A stretch of DNA of 63,807 nt, filler included, from Octopus bimaculoides (GCF_001194135.2; 9 parts of 8 records of this genome joined end to end with filler, not necessarily neighbours in it); one strand, 5' to 3'; positions 1 to 12,265 are shown, counted from the first letter of the whole stretch. Notes: generated by a model from the letters alone, not told the origin. Translations and numbers: made by a program.

Positions 1-623
1 AAACAGAGAGGGAGTAAAAAAAGAAAAACTTGTGGATTTATCGGTCATTTATGGCGACTGGTTGGAGAAAGGTATTTAGACAGGAGGGCTAGGAAGGACG
101 GGAGATAATAAAGTACTAGTGATCTCAATACGAAGCTGCGCGTGCGTGTGTATGTGAGAACGTGTAAGTGTGTGCATGTGGATAGAGGCTGGTGACTTTG
201 ACGTGTGGATGTATGCGTGTGTGTGTGTGTGTGCGTCTGTAATGTGTGTGTGTGTGGATGGTGGTGCGGTGGTGTGGCGATGTGGTGGTGTGGAGATGTG
301 AGAGTAGGGTGTGACTTTGGGATGAGGATATGGGGGTGGGTGAGTATGTGAGGTGGATGTGTGGGAGTAGGGATGGCGTATGTGGGAGTGGGATGTGTGG
401 GGGACGTGTGTGGATGGAATGGAATTAATGAACGGAGATTGTGGGTAGGAGTGAAGAGAGAAAGTAGGTATCAGATGAAGCGAGGAGAGGAGTCAAATGA
501 AGAAGGGCGGATAGTTAAGCCGACGTGTCGCAAAGGAGCGAACAGAGAAGATTAATTCCTGATCACGACGAAGAGGGGAGACCGGATGGCCCCTGTGCAA
601 AGACAATCCGAACACTACATAAT

Positions 624-747
624 ATGCGACTCCAGTCCGACCCCTCCACATCGCACATTTTCCCCAACCTATCCCTTCCCTCCTTCAAACGAGCCCACAA
701 CCTAGTAATTTCCTGATCTACAGTTTCTTCACCATCCCCACCTCCCA
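624..747 (+). mobile_element. Penelope-like element (PLE) fragment, RT-to-GIY-YIG linker
   Basis: Translates RLQSDPSTSHIFPNLSLPSFKRAHN, typical of the PLE linker (LQxDPxxxxIFPxxxxxxFKRxxN). About 85% identical by eye to the reverse complement of 1225-1343. Confidence 0.75.
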
Positions 748-924
748 ATCAGGTTCTAAATTTCCCCAAGATACCTGATGAAGGTTGGAGGGTATATCAG
801 CCGAAGCGTTGTGTTAATAACAAACAAGATGAGGACAAATATCCGTCAAATTTAAATGTACATTATTTACATACAAGTAATGTAAATAATGTACACAATT
901 CCTCATCTCTTAAATATTGAACTG
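748..924 (+). mobile_element. 3' part of the hammerhead-bearing repeat (same family as 54686-54912)
   Basis: caggttctaaatttccccaagatacctgatgaaggttggagggtatatcagccgaagcgttgtgtt aligns with 54831-54896. The tail ataatgtacacaattcctcatctcttaaatat matches the reverse complement of 54619-54655. Confidence 0.85.
770..815 (+). ncRNA. Minimal type I hammerhead motif, degenerate (GAAA>GAAG)
   Basis: Stem I GATAC/GTGTT, CTGATGA at 775-781, stem II GGTTG/CAGCC, GAAG at 803-806, then CGTT. Confidence 0.6.
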
Positions 925-934
925 TATTACAGAT

Positions 935-1393
935 AGGTGCTGTAATCAATGACCGGTAGAGCAGAAATGGCGCGAGATCGGAGCGTCAAAGTCGAGTATA
1001 ATATCTCGGAGATGCTCCGCGAACCGGTCATCCAAGCGAAGTTTCACCGATGTACAGAGAAGGGCAGAAAGAGCAGAAAAATGATGTTAATGACGTTGCT
1101 AGAAGTGCAAAGAAAGGCGCTAGTGATATAATAGGGATGATGATGGGTGCCTGTTAGGATGGTGGTTTTGGAGAGGTAGGGCAAGCGGCAGCGTGGGCGG
1201 GAGCAAGAGAACGAGCCAGGTTCAGAGGTGGGGTTAGGGAAGAAACTGTGGATCAGAAGATCACTGGGTTGTGAGCACGTTTCAAGGAGGGACGGGATAG
1301 GTTGGAGAAGATGTGCGAAGTGGAAGGGTCGGACTGGAGTCGCCGGAAGGATCGGAGGATGGTACGTTGGAGAGGCAGGGTGGAGGAGTGAAA
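935..1393 (-). pseudogene. Penelope-like element linker plus GIY-YIG endonuclease, frameshifted
   Basis: Manual minus-strand translation with frameshifts: FHSSTLPLQRTILRSFRRLQSDPSTSHIF..PGSFSCSRPRCR..AFLCTSSNVINIIFCSFCPSLYIGET..RLDDRFAEHLRDI..PISRHFCSTGH. The YIGET/RFxEH motifs and upstream Cys motif are characteristic of PLE endonucleases. Confidence 0.85.
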
Positions 1394-1507
1394 ATTTTCA
1401 TCAAAAAATATAATTTGTTGACTTGGAACTTATTGCAAAGCTGCATAATAAACAACATTTTTTGCCTTCCTAGTCCGGGGTCAGTACAATTTTTTTCTGT
1501 CTAACCT

Positions 1508-1590
1508 CTTTCTTTTCTCTCTCTATCTCTCTCTCTCTCTCTCCTTCTCTCTCTCTCTCTCTCCTTCTCTCTCTCTCTTTCTCTCTCTCT
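1508..1590. repeat. (TC)n microsatellite
   Basis: Direct sequence. Confidence 0.95.
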
Positions 1591-1939
1591 CAGTTTCTGT
1601 TGATTGTTTTCAACCATCACCATCACAAGTAGCACCATCATCGACACCACAACTACCATACACACACCATTCAGACGTCTGACGCCACTGTCATTAATAC
1701 GTTTGAGTTCGCTGCCTTGCCTTCCACCACCATCACAAATGTCTTTCCCATCGCTTACTACCACCGTCATTCCTGACCACCTCGGCTACTACACCGCCAC
1801 AATCATCACCCTCGCCTCCGTCTCTACCATAACTATAGCTCATACTATTACTATTACCCCATTAACATCATATATGTATATATGTATATGTGTGTATGTA
1901 CCTCCTATAGTCGAAGAAATCGACCCCACGATTTATGTT

Positions 1940-2083
1940 TTGTAACCTAGTACTTATTCTATCGGCCTCTTTTACTAAATCGCTAGTTTACATGGACGTA
2001 ACTACACCAACATTAGTTGTCATGTGATGATGGGGGCACAAAGAGTGGCACAAATACATACTCTCACACACACACACGCACAC

Positions 2084-2121
<38 letters not shown>

Positions 2122-2272
2122 GACAGGCATTGTTTCCGTTTCCATCTACCAAATCGACTCACAAGCTTTAGTCGGCCCGATGCTATATTAGGAAACACTT
2201 GCCCAAGGTTCCACGTAGTGGGACTGAACCCGCAACCATGTGGTTGTGAAGCAGGCTTCTTACCACACACCA
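1940..2272 (-). mobile_element. tRNA-derived SINE with CORE-like domain (group C; resembles octopus OR-type SINEs)
   Basis: Reverse complement shows tRNA-like head, CORE-like gaaccttgggcaagtgtttcc, gatttggtagatggaaac, an internal microsatellite and tail gatagaataagtactagg. Shared with 19988, 30040 and 60175. Confidence 0.8.
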
Positions 2273-2416
2273 ACACCTACNNNNNNNNNNNNNNNNNNNN
2301 NNNNNNNNNNNNNNNNNNNNNNNNNNNNNNNNNNNNNNNNNNNNNNNNNNNNNNNNNNNNNNNNNNNNNNNNNNNNNNNNNNNNNNNNNNNNNNNNNNNN
2401 NNNNNNNNNNNNNNNN

Positions 2417-2448
<32 letters not shown>

Positions 2449-2559
2449 GATAAATAGCGCATGATCTTGCATGTGGGGCCCGGTTAGAATCCTCTTCAGA
2501 TCGAGTAGCCGATATCTCGCTCTAATAGTCCCTGAATATGGTTTGTGTAAGGTCGTTGG

Positions 2560-2790
2560 ACGAAACACCCTTGTTTCCAGAGGTGAATTATTCGAGACCT
2601 AAAGAATTCCGTTCAACAAATGGCTGGGATGTTGCTCCGCTACTCCTACACGTGATCGGAGATGCGTATATTGTCAGTTACTTAGTGAAAGGTAACTTTG
2701 TGGTGTTGAGCAGATTATTTGCTGTGGCCCATGTTTTACACTAAGGCACGACATGTGCGTAACACTTCCATCAGTTAAAATCATAAGCCA
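2560..2790. repeat. Unclassified interspersed repeat (also about 48985-49215 and 52395-52525)
   Basis: tgtttccagaggtgaattattc..aaagaattcc is shared with 49010-49050. The middle block gatgtt..ctact..atattgtcag is similar in all three copies. Confidence 0.65.
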
Positions 2791-2921
2791 TGAGAACCAC
2801 TGCCTGGTACTGTATTATTATTATTATTATTACCGTTGTTTAACATTCGGTAGTTTCAGGTAAATTCCTATTGAATCACCTGCTACATTTCCATCTTCCT
2901 GGGACGTGTGCATTGTGTTGT

Positions 2922-3004
<83 letters not shown>

Positions 3005-3815
3005 GCCTTTGCACAGTTTCTAACGCTACCAGTGAACATAAGTAACACCCCTTATTTTTAGCGCACTGTCCGGAGTATTCGAGCGGTTCCAAGCAGTGCT
3101 GTTTTCTGCAAGTGCACCACCCTTATTGCAGCCTCTGTTTGTTCCATGTACTTCTTAAGATTTGTATTCACTGTTCTCAGGGCTCCGACTATTGTTGGTA
3201 CTACTACCACCTTTTTCATGGACCACAACTGCTTAACCTCCCACGCTAACCTGTCATATCCATCGACTTCTCTTTCTTCCATATCGCATATCTTGTTGTC
3301 AGCTGGGCATGCTATAGCTATGATCCAGCATCGTTTGCTTTCTTTCTCAATTAATACTATATCTGTTTTCTTATTCTTTATCTCATTTTCTATGATATTT
3401 TCGGGTTTATATTCGTACCACTTTTTGCTCTGTCAAATCTATACTTGTTGCAAAGTGTCCAATGGACAACGTTTTCTATATTGTCATCACGTCTCATATT
3501 CTTCCTGAGCTGGTAGCGTGCATTGACTGGTAATATGCCATACGGTTTCACGATTTAGCCCACAGATTCTGCACTTATTTTTCTGATGTGTTGTCTATTC
3601 TGTATTTGATGTAATTCATTCTAAGTGTTTGCTCTTGGGCAGCACAGATTAGAGCCTCGGTTTACGATTTTAAATCACTTTTATTCATCCATAGCCGTCT
3701 TTTTTCTCTGTCTGTCCTATCTTCAACATCCCTATGAAATTGGCCATGCATTCTTTTCTTTATCCACCTATTTTCAGTTTCATTCATTCTCAAATGCTTG
3801 TACAGTGCATTATCT
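3005..3815 (-). mobile_element. 5'-truncated R4/Dong-clade non-LTR retrotransposon (CCHC knuckle plus restriction-like endonuclease), decayed
   Basis: Minus-strand translation HGQFHRD..EALICAAQEQ..CRICGLNRETVWHITSQC..TDIVLIEK..IACPAD..YDRLAWEVKQLW..VPTIVGAL..LQKTALLGTARILRTV. Flanked by (TAA)n arrays at 2923-3003 and 3837-3960. Confidence 0.88.
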
Positions 3816-3852
3816 TTGCAATTTCCATCCTACATCATTATTATTATTATTA

Positions 3853-3902
<50 letters not shown>

Positions 3903-3912
3903 ATTATTATCG

Positions 3913-3944
<32 letters not shown>

Positions 3945-4130
3945 ATCATTATTATTATTATTATTTTCATGATGATGATTAAAACTGTCAGCTCTGTGTT
4001 GCTCAGTATGATGGAATTTGTCAGGTGTCTATCGATCATGCTTCAAGAACCCTGCGGAGAACCCTTACAATTCCAAGCAATGACGATTTATGTACGGTGG
4101 GTTAACAGAATCATAAGTCTGTATCTTGGC

Positions 4131-4290
4131 TCTGTATTTTAATTCCGCCGAGGTCGACTTCGCCTTTCAACTTCCTAAGGTCGATAAAATAAGCACCGCC
4201 AGTTGAGCATTGACTCCAAAATAATCCACATACTCCCTATCCATCCTTCTTCCCCCAAATCTAATCTTCGTGCTGATAATAAAAAGTATT
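4131..4290 (+). mobile_element. SINE group B fragment (Nin/Deu-like central domain)
   Basis: aattccgccgaggtcgacttcgcctttcaacttcctaaggtcgataaaataagcac matches the core of the copies at 17230 and 31505. Confidence 0.7.
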
Positions 4291-4787
4291 TGTGTGGTAG
4301 TGTGTATATTTGCTAGTTTATGTGTGTGTGTGTGCGTATGATGCTTCTATGGTTTAGTTTGCGTAATGTATGGAGTTGTTGAAGCCTTGTACTATTTTAC
4401 TTATTTCCTTATAGTAGTGAAACAGATTTTCTTCGTACGTTATATGTAAAATGCATTGCGCAATGTTGACGTTGTTGTCGATCTTGTTTTTCTCTTCTTA
4501 TTTCATTCATATTAGACTTCATCAAGCAGACCTGTAATCAAAGGTGTTACAGTGATGTCCATGTTGCTTTGTTTCTTTTATTCATGCAGATTCTACCACA
4601 CATTATAGTATCAAATATGAAATATATTTAAGACAAGCTCTGCGTTCATGTATATTTGTGTCCTATATCTTGAAAACTGAGCAGTGAAGCAGCGGTCGGG
4701 TGAATGGCTAATTATAGAAAGACAATGCACGAAAGAAGTGAAAGTTATTATGGAAATTGGCGGTTTGACTTCATTATATAGTTTGTT

Positions 4788-5174
4788 AGCGGAGGCGCAA
4801 TGGCCCAGTGGTTAGGGCAGTGGACTCACGGTCATAGGATCGTGATTTCGATTCCTAGACCGGGCGTTGTGAGTGTCTATTGAGCGAAAACACCTAAAGC
4901 TCCACGAGGCTCCGGCAGTGGATGGTGGCGAATCCTGCTGTACTCTTTCACCACAACTTTCTCTCACTCTTACTTCCTGTTTCTGTTGTGCCTGTAATTC
5001 AAAGGGTCAGCCCTGTCACACTGTGTTACGGTGAATATCCCCAAGAACTACGTTAAGGGAACACGTGTCTGTGGAGTGCTCAGCCACTTGCACGTTAATT
5101 TCACGAACAGGCTGTTCCGTTGATCGGATCAACTGGAACTCTCGACGTCATAAGTGACGGAGTGCCAACAACAA
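4788..5174 (+). mobile_element. Full-length tRNA-derived SINE (group A) with 10-bp TSD
   Basis: A-box TGGCCCAGTGG, B-box GATTTCGATTCC, tail ctgttccgttgatcggatcaactggaac..ggagtgccaacaacaa. TSD ATAGTTTGTT at 4778-4787 and 5175-5184. Confidence 0.9.
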
Positions 5175-5439
5175 ATAGTTTGTTCCAATGCTAAGTCCCA
5201 GTTCAGTATTTGGAGTTTATTGAAAATTCGATTTTGTTTTCCTTATTAACGCAAGAATTTTTCGAAATGGTTTCACCTTTCCAATATGGCAACGCGGACA
5301 AATGTGCTGACGTTGTAATTGCTGCTGTTTTTTTTTTTTGGTTATTAGATTTATTATTATTTCCATTTCAGTGTGATATCCGTGTTCACGATAACAATGA
5401 AGACGACACGACTAAGTTGGTAGTGAGGGTGATGATGAA

Positions 5440-5900
5440 GATTTGAATGATGATGTGGATTTGAATGATGATGTTGATGACGATGATGATGATGATGATG
5501 ATGATCATGACGACGACGACGACGATGATAATGAAATCAACAACGACGACGATGGTTATGATGATGATAATGATGAGGAGGAGGAGGAGGACGTGTAACG
5601 AGGAAGAGAAAGAGGAGTACGAACCCGACGATGCGGATGATGATGTTGGCGATCATAATGATCGTGTTCATGATCATGACGATGACGATGGTGATGAAGG
5701 CACCTGCATGATGAAAACGTTGATGATGATGATGATGATGATGATGACGAATATGACAACGACGACGACGACGATGGTGATGGAGACGACGACGACGATG
5801 ACTACTGATTAACATCGCCGCCGCTTTCGTCGTCGTAGTCGTCATCATAATCATCATCATCAACATCATCATCATCATCATCATCATCATCACCATCGTC
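5440..5900. repeat. Compound (GAT)n/(GAC)n/(CAT)n trinucleotide tract
   Basis: Direct sequence; explains the poly-M/T/H/S ORFs here. Confidence 0.9.
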
Positions 5901-6147
5901 ACCACTGCATTACTGATGGCGCTTTCTTTCCTCGCAATTTGTGTTGTAGTTAATTACGATAGTAGTCTTTTTTCTTTTTCTTTTTTGTCTAGTATTGGAG
6001 TTGGGTAGGAGGATAATGGTTACCGACCTCGATGCATTGTGATTCCGGTTCTGTTAATGACAATGCTTTGGTCAACACGATAACAGTAATAAGGTCAAAC
6101 TTGGTAGCTATAATATCAACACTAATAATAGGATATTCCATTAGATT

Positions 6148-6201
<54 letters not shown>

Positions 6202-6244
6202 CAGCATCAGTAGTAGTAGTAGTAGTAGTAGTGGTAGCAGCAGC

Positions 6245-6296
<52 letters not shown>

Positions 6297-6308
6297 TTGC
6301 TATTATTA

Positions 6309-6358
<50 letters not shown>
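6148..6358. repeat. (TAG)n array followed by (TTA)n array
   Basis: Direct sequence. Confidence 0.95.
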
Positions 6359-6483
6359 GTTCAGTAGTTTTATTTTTATAACGTGCTTTCACTTCACTAC
6401 CGAGCGCAGCTCTGTGCGCCTTGGGTATGTGCTGTGGTTTGCTGTGGTGCTCTTATGTTTACTGTATTGAAAGTGTTTTGCGT
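6359..6483 (-). mobile_element. 3' end of an R4/Dong-type element (last codons plus 3' UTR), cut by a gap
   Basis: Reverse complement starts cgc aaa aca ctt tca ata cag taa (RKTLSIQ*), as at 46690-46720. Abuts (TAA)n. Confidence 0.75.
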
Positions 6484-6527
6484 NNNNNNNNNNNNNNNNN
6501 NNNNNNNNNNNNNNNNNNNNNNNNNNN

Positions 6528-6539
6528 TTAATTAATTAA
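6528..6539. other. Assembly gap linker TTAATTAATTAA (also 11617, 23756, 27660, 34119, 52753, 57425, 60035)
   Basis: Each copy is flanked by 44 N on both sides (100 bp total) and gives stops in all six frames. Confidence 0.95.
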
Positions 6540-6783
6540 NNNNNNNNNNNNNNNNNNNNNNNNNNNNNNNNNNNNNNNNNNNNTGTTGTTGTTGCTGTTG
6601 TTATTGTCACTGGTAGTAGCAGTGGTGAGGACAGTGGTCGTGTTAGCAAGGACATTTGTGTCGTTGTCGTTGTTGTTGCTGTTGTTGTTGTTGTCTTTGT
6701 CGTTGTTGTTGTTGTTGTCACTGGTGACGGTGGTAGGCAAGACTGCTGTAGCAGCAGAGTTTGTACACGTGATGGTGGTAGAC

Positions 6784-6862
<79 letters not shown>
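6784..6862. repeat. (AGAT)n microsatellite
   Basis: Direct sequence. Confidence 0.95.
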
Positions 6863-7151
6863 CGCGTAGATTGTTGTCGATATTTTTTCTTATTCTTTTT
6901 CTGTGATTTAAACGTATGCCAGTCCTAATCGAATAGACTTGTGGTGCAAGTTTTTCCCACCTTTACGATATTATATCTTCCGTAGCTTCAAAGCTCCCAA
7001 CAGCACATCATTCAACAGCACATCATTCCTCTTAAATACGACAGTGTATGCAGTTAGGGAAATTAGGCATCTATTTCTGTCAAGTTGAGCAACCGCATGG
7101 ACTTTTCTTCTTTGCACCACACTGATAAAGTAGATAGAAACACATTGTAGA

Positions 7152-7198
7152 AAGGAAGGAAGGAAGGAAGGAAGGAAGGAAGGAAGGAAGGAAGGAAG
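7152..7198. repeat. (AAGG)n microsatellite
   Basis: Direct sequence. Confidence 0.95.
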
Positions 7199-8174
7199 AT
7201 GGGTTCATAGGTAATCAGGCAAGTGTGTAAGTACATAATCAGGCAGGTAAGTTGGAGTTCAGGTAGGTTTGGTTATAAGTAAACGTGTACAAGCAGAGAA
7301 ACCAAAAGATGAATATATGAATTGATCGCGCAATAATATACCCACACATACATATACATACAAGCGTGTATATATGTGTGTGTGTATGTGTGTGTGTATG
7401 TTTATGTATCATTTAATGTACATAGTATAAAAATAAGAGCTACTAATAGTTTGTTACTATAATGACGCGTGCCTTTTTATTTTTATCGCCTGCTTTGTGT
7501 CTCCAAACAATCTTCGGGCTCTGAGCATATAGTCTGCTCTATTTGAAAATTAGGACGCTGGTATGAGAAATCACGAGAAAAAAACGTGAAAAGGCGAGAA
7601 GGTTTATGCAAAAATGAAAGGGTGAATAAAAACGGGAAAAGGAAAGAAAGAATATTTCACCGTTGACACCATAGTTAAACTAGTTGCTGTAAAATAATTC
7701 AGTGGAGAGGGGTCCAAATCTACAAGACAGCTACTCGATCCGAAGACGGTAGTGTCTTCCTGTGCACCAGAAGAAATTTGTTCACCTGCTTGCGTTTGCT
7801 AAAAATTTTGGATCTTGAATTAGGTAGTGCGTTTGAATTCTTAGATCTAAGAATTAGATCACCCATCCCCTTCTCGTTTTCTCTTGCTTTTTTCGCATGT
7901 TCCAGCGCCTTGATTTTTAAATAGAACAAACCATGTGCTCAAAGCCCGGGGATTGCTTGGGGACGCAAGACACGTCATGAAAACCTTCTAGCCACGTGTC
8001 TTCGCAGCAAGTACATTAAATGATTTTTATCTCTCCCTGGATGCAGTATCTTTTTGTTGATCTTACTTTAACGGAACAGAAAACTAAATATATAAGAATG
8101 TATATAAATACGTGGGTGCATGTATACATATACACATGCGTATATATGTACATATGTAGACCCATTTACATATA

Positions 8175-8441
8175 TCTACATATATAAAAATGAGAATGTG
8201 TGTCTGTCTGTCTGTTTGTCTGTCTGTGTGAATCCCTAAAACTCGAGAACTACGCAACCAATTTCATTCAAATTTTACACATGCCTTACTTAGGGTTCCA
8301 GTTGTGTTTTAGTCAAAAATTATTAACTTCTTGCAGAGTTCGAGCACACGGCAACATAATATCTCCTACACTATTTAAGTATTACGTGTCAAAAGTGAAA
8401 CAAAAACACTCATGTCAAATACTTTCACTTTAAAAATGAAA
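8175..8441 (+). mobile_element. Probable non-autonomous Helitron 5' part, running into a gap
   Basis: A|TCtacatatataaaaatgag start, then (TGTC)n and aactacgcaaccaatttcattcaaatttt, typical of Helitron 5' ends. Confidence 0.55.
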
Positions 8442-9492
8442 NNNNNNNNNNNNNNNNNNNNNNNNNNNNNNNNNNNNNNNNNNNNNNNNNNNNNNNNNNN
8501 NNNNNNNNNNNNNNNNNNNNNNNNNNNNNNNNNNNNNNNNNNNNNNNNNNNNNNNNNNNNNNNNNNNNNNNNNNNNNNNNNNNNNNNNNNNNNNNNNNNN
8601 NNNNNNNNNNNNNNNNNNNNNNNNNNNNNNNNNNNNNNNNNNNNNNNNNNNNNNNNNNNNNNNNNNNNNNNNNNNNNNNNNNNNNNNNNNNNNNNNNNNN
8701 NNNNNNNNNNNNNNNNNNNNNNNNNNNNNNNNNNNNNNNNNNNNNNNNNNNNNNNNNNNNNNNNNNNNNNNNNNNNNNNNNNNNNNNNNNNNNNNNNNNN
8801 NNNNNNNNNNNNNNNNNNNNNNNNNNNNNNNNNNNNNNNNNNNNNNNNNNNNNNNNNNNNNNNNNNNNNNNNNNNNNNNNNNNNNNNNNNNNNNNNNNNN
8901 NNNNNNNNNNNNNNNNNNNNNNNNNNNNNNNNNNNNNNNNNNNNNNNNNNNNNNNNNNNNNNNNNNNNNNNNNNNNNNNNNNNNNNNNNNNNNNNNNNNN
9001 NNNNNNNNNNNNNNNNNNNNNNNNNNNNNNNNNNNNNNNNNNNNNNNNNNNNNNNNNNNNNNNNNNNNNNNNNNNNNNNNNNNNNNNNNNNNNNNNNNNN
9101 NNNNNNNNNNNNNNNNNNNNNNNNNNNNNNNNNNNNNNNNNNNNNNNNNNNNNNNNNNNNNNNNNNNNNNNNNNNNNNNNNNNNNNNNNNNNNNNNNNNN
9201 NNNNNNNNNNNNNNNNNNNNNNNNNNNNNNNNNNNNNNNNNNNNNNNNNNNNNNNNNNNNNNNNNNNNNNNNNNNNNNNNNNNNNNNNNNNNNNNNNNNN
9301 NNNNNNNNNNNNNNNNNNNNNNNNNNNNNNNNNNNNNNNNNNNNNNNNNNNNNNNNNNNNNNNNGTGTTATAATCACAACAGCAAGAAAGTATGTACATG
9401 ATCACCTTCTTTTACGAAACTTCATTGACTTTCATATATTTATATTGATATACATATATATACGTGTGTTTGGGTGCGTGTGTGTATATACA

Positions 9493-9583
9493 TCTCTATA
9501 TATAAAGATGATGCGTAGTCTAGACGGCGTTTTTAGATTTCATTATTCTCTTTAACCCGGGCAACGCCGGGTATTTCTGCTAG
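9493..9583 (+). mobile_element. Mini-Helitron or Helitron 3' terminus
   Basis: A|TC start, hairpin ACCCGG-gcaacg-CCGGGT (9555-9572), CTAG|T end. Confidence 0.7.
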
Positions 9584-9593
9584 TATATATATA

Positions 9594-9820
9594 TTTGAAG
9601 AAAAGCAACAAAAATTCATTAGGTTATAGCAGTACGTACGTTTCGTACAAACTTCATTTATTTATGTAGTGAGAACACCACATAAGATGTGCAATGAAAA
9701 TGTACTCCTCAGCTGCATAATGGAAGATCATTTTAGAAAGTCATTTTGTAGATGTGTGAAAATACAAGAGTAGGAGATGAAGAAAAAACCATCTTGACTG
9801 GGCTGTTAATCAACAGTCTA
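9594..9820. repeat. Unclassified interspersed repeat, second copy at 58894-59120
   Basis: About 225 bp colinear (aggttatagcagtacgtacgtttcgtacaaacttcattt..ccatcttgactgggctg..aacagtctag). Confidence 0.85.
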
Positions 9821-11320
9821 GCGAATCAAACAAGAATATAATTTCTATATATTCTCCAATTAAATTTTCGATGGCAAGTGGGCCCCTGCGCCATTAGAAT
9901 CCATATATGGGGGCGGGGTGCATGTTAGTATCTAAGGGGCCCATCCCCTCAAGTTTGAGAAGAATGCATTATTTCAGCCTGGCTGCGTTTGTAAACAGTT
10001 GAAAAGAATACTTTTAACAAAAAAAAAAAATTAAATGATAGCATTATAGTTGCGGGTGGGGGCCCCTTCTAGTAGCGTATGGGCCCCCTTAGTCTCCTGG
10101 TAACCAACATTTTTAGACCCAGGCCACCACTGTGTGTGTGTGTGTGTATGTGTGTGTGCGCGTGCGTGTGTGTTCTAACAATGTTTACTTACAACTTATA
10201 GAATAACATAAACTCTGTCCGCAAACACGTTTAGTACTTTTTGATTTGCTGTTACATTTTTTTTCTATGACGAAAACTAATAGTATTTACAAATACGCAC
10301 ATGTATACACATACACACACACACACGCATATATATACATATATGCGTGTGCGTGTCTATGTATGTATGTATGTGCATGCGTGCATGTATGCATATATAT
10401 GTGTGTATGTGTGTGTAAATATATATATATATACATATACAAAGAGGGAGATAAGGAAGACAGATACATATATACATACACACACACGCACATACACATA
10501 TATATATAGATAGATTTATACACATACAAACACAAACACACACACACACAGACACACACACACCCACACACACACATATATACATATATATGTATGAATG
10601 TATGCATGTATATATGTACATGTACATACATATACATACATATATGTGGAGATGTGTATACATGTGTGTGTACGTACGTATGTGTGTGTATGTGTGTATA
10701 TATGTATGTATGTATGTATATGCATATAGTTATGCATATGTGTAAGTGTGTGTATGTGCAGACAGATGCATAGAGATAGAGAGAAAACTGTTACGAATAC
10801 AGGCTTGTAATCACACGTAATTTCTTACACTTATACACGCGCGCGCGCGCGCGCATACCCACACAAGAATACCGTGTAATTTGTGTGTCTATGTGTGTAC
10901 TCGTGTGTGTCTGTATGTCTGAATGTGTATATATGGCGAGTGGTTTATGTGTGTGCCTATATTGTGCATGCGTAACAAACTGTAATATCAACAGAAAGAA
11001 ATGAAGAGCCTGTTTCAAGAACACCTGTGTTCCAGAGAACCACATTTGGCAAACTCCAATAGCTGCAGATTCTATTACCAGTGTGCTGAAAAGAACACAT
11101 TAGTCTTAAAACATCTCACCTACTGTTTTATAATACGTAGAAACCACTGTTCGGTACGGTGAACTTGAACATGATACTGTTATATAGTTAATATTCACAA
11201 ACGTGCAAGGAACCTTCATTTTTAGCTTTATTACAAGTATTATCGTTATTATTATTATTATTGTTGTTGTTGTTCTTGCTGTTGTCGTTGTTGTTGTTGT
11301 TGTGGTGGTGGTGGTGGTGT

Positions 11321-11367
<47 letters not shown>

Positions 11368-12079
11368 ATTCGGCCGACTTCAACTTTACTTTTCAAATTT
11401 TGGGGATTGATGAAATAAGTAAAATTGAATACTGGGGTCGATGTTATCGATACATCTCCACCCCTAAAGTTGCGGCCTGTATGCCAAAAAATTTGAAGCC
11501 ATTATTATTATTATTATCATTATTATTGTTGTTATTATTATTATTAGTACTATTTTTTTTTTAGCAGAAATANNNNNNNNNNNNNNNNNNNNNNNNNNNN
11601 NNNNNNNNNNNNNNNNTTAATTAATTAANNNNNNNNNNNNNNNNNNNNNNNNNNNNNNNNNNNNNNNNNNNNGGTGGTGGTGGTGGTGGTGGTGGTGGTG
11701 GTGATACTGCTGCTGTTCTTGCTTCTGCTGCTGCTGCTGATGATGATGATGAGGAGGAGGAGGATGATGATGACGAGGAGGATGATGACGAGGATGATGA
11801 TGACGAGGATGATGATGACGAGGATGATGATGGTCGTTTCAATGGTCGTTATGGTGATGGCAGTCGTGGCGGTGGCAGTTGTGTGGGTGTTGGTGATGAT
11901 TGTGGTTCTAGAAGCAGTGGTGGTCATGGTGGTTGTGGTGGGAGGACCGCTGATGGTGGAGGGTTGATGGTGACGGTAATGTTGGTGGTGGTAGTGTTTG
12001 TTGTTTTGTTTGTTTGTCAGATTTTGAAGTTGATTCTTAATCTTACGACAATATTTCGTGAGTTCATATAATCAATGGC

Positions 12080-12223
12080 ACGCTTGGTCACTCCATCTTT
12101 TATTGGATTACTCAAATTGGTGAGTCCTTAATCCCTCAGTCAGTCACGTACAAAATCCCATTTGGCTCATTCATCCATCCACTAATACACATACACGCTC
12201 AATCGCTAACTCACTAAGTCAAA

Positions 12224-12265
<42 letters not shown>

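Noticed and set aside
2475-2499. Minus-strand CTGAAGA motif (also about 25275-25291)
   Set aside because: Stem II is not followed by GAAA.
4791-4865. SINE heads as functional tRNA genes (also 20578, 32942, 54686)
   Set aside because: No closed acceptor stem; they continue into repeat bodies.
5465-5905. Poly-M/T/H/D ORFs (also 11625-11967, 15107-15625, 37992-38393)
   Set aside because: Translations of trinucleotide tracts, open in several frames, with no domain signal.
7720-7929. Possible transposase C-terminus
   Set aside because: No recognisable motif in any frame I checked.
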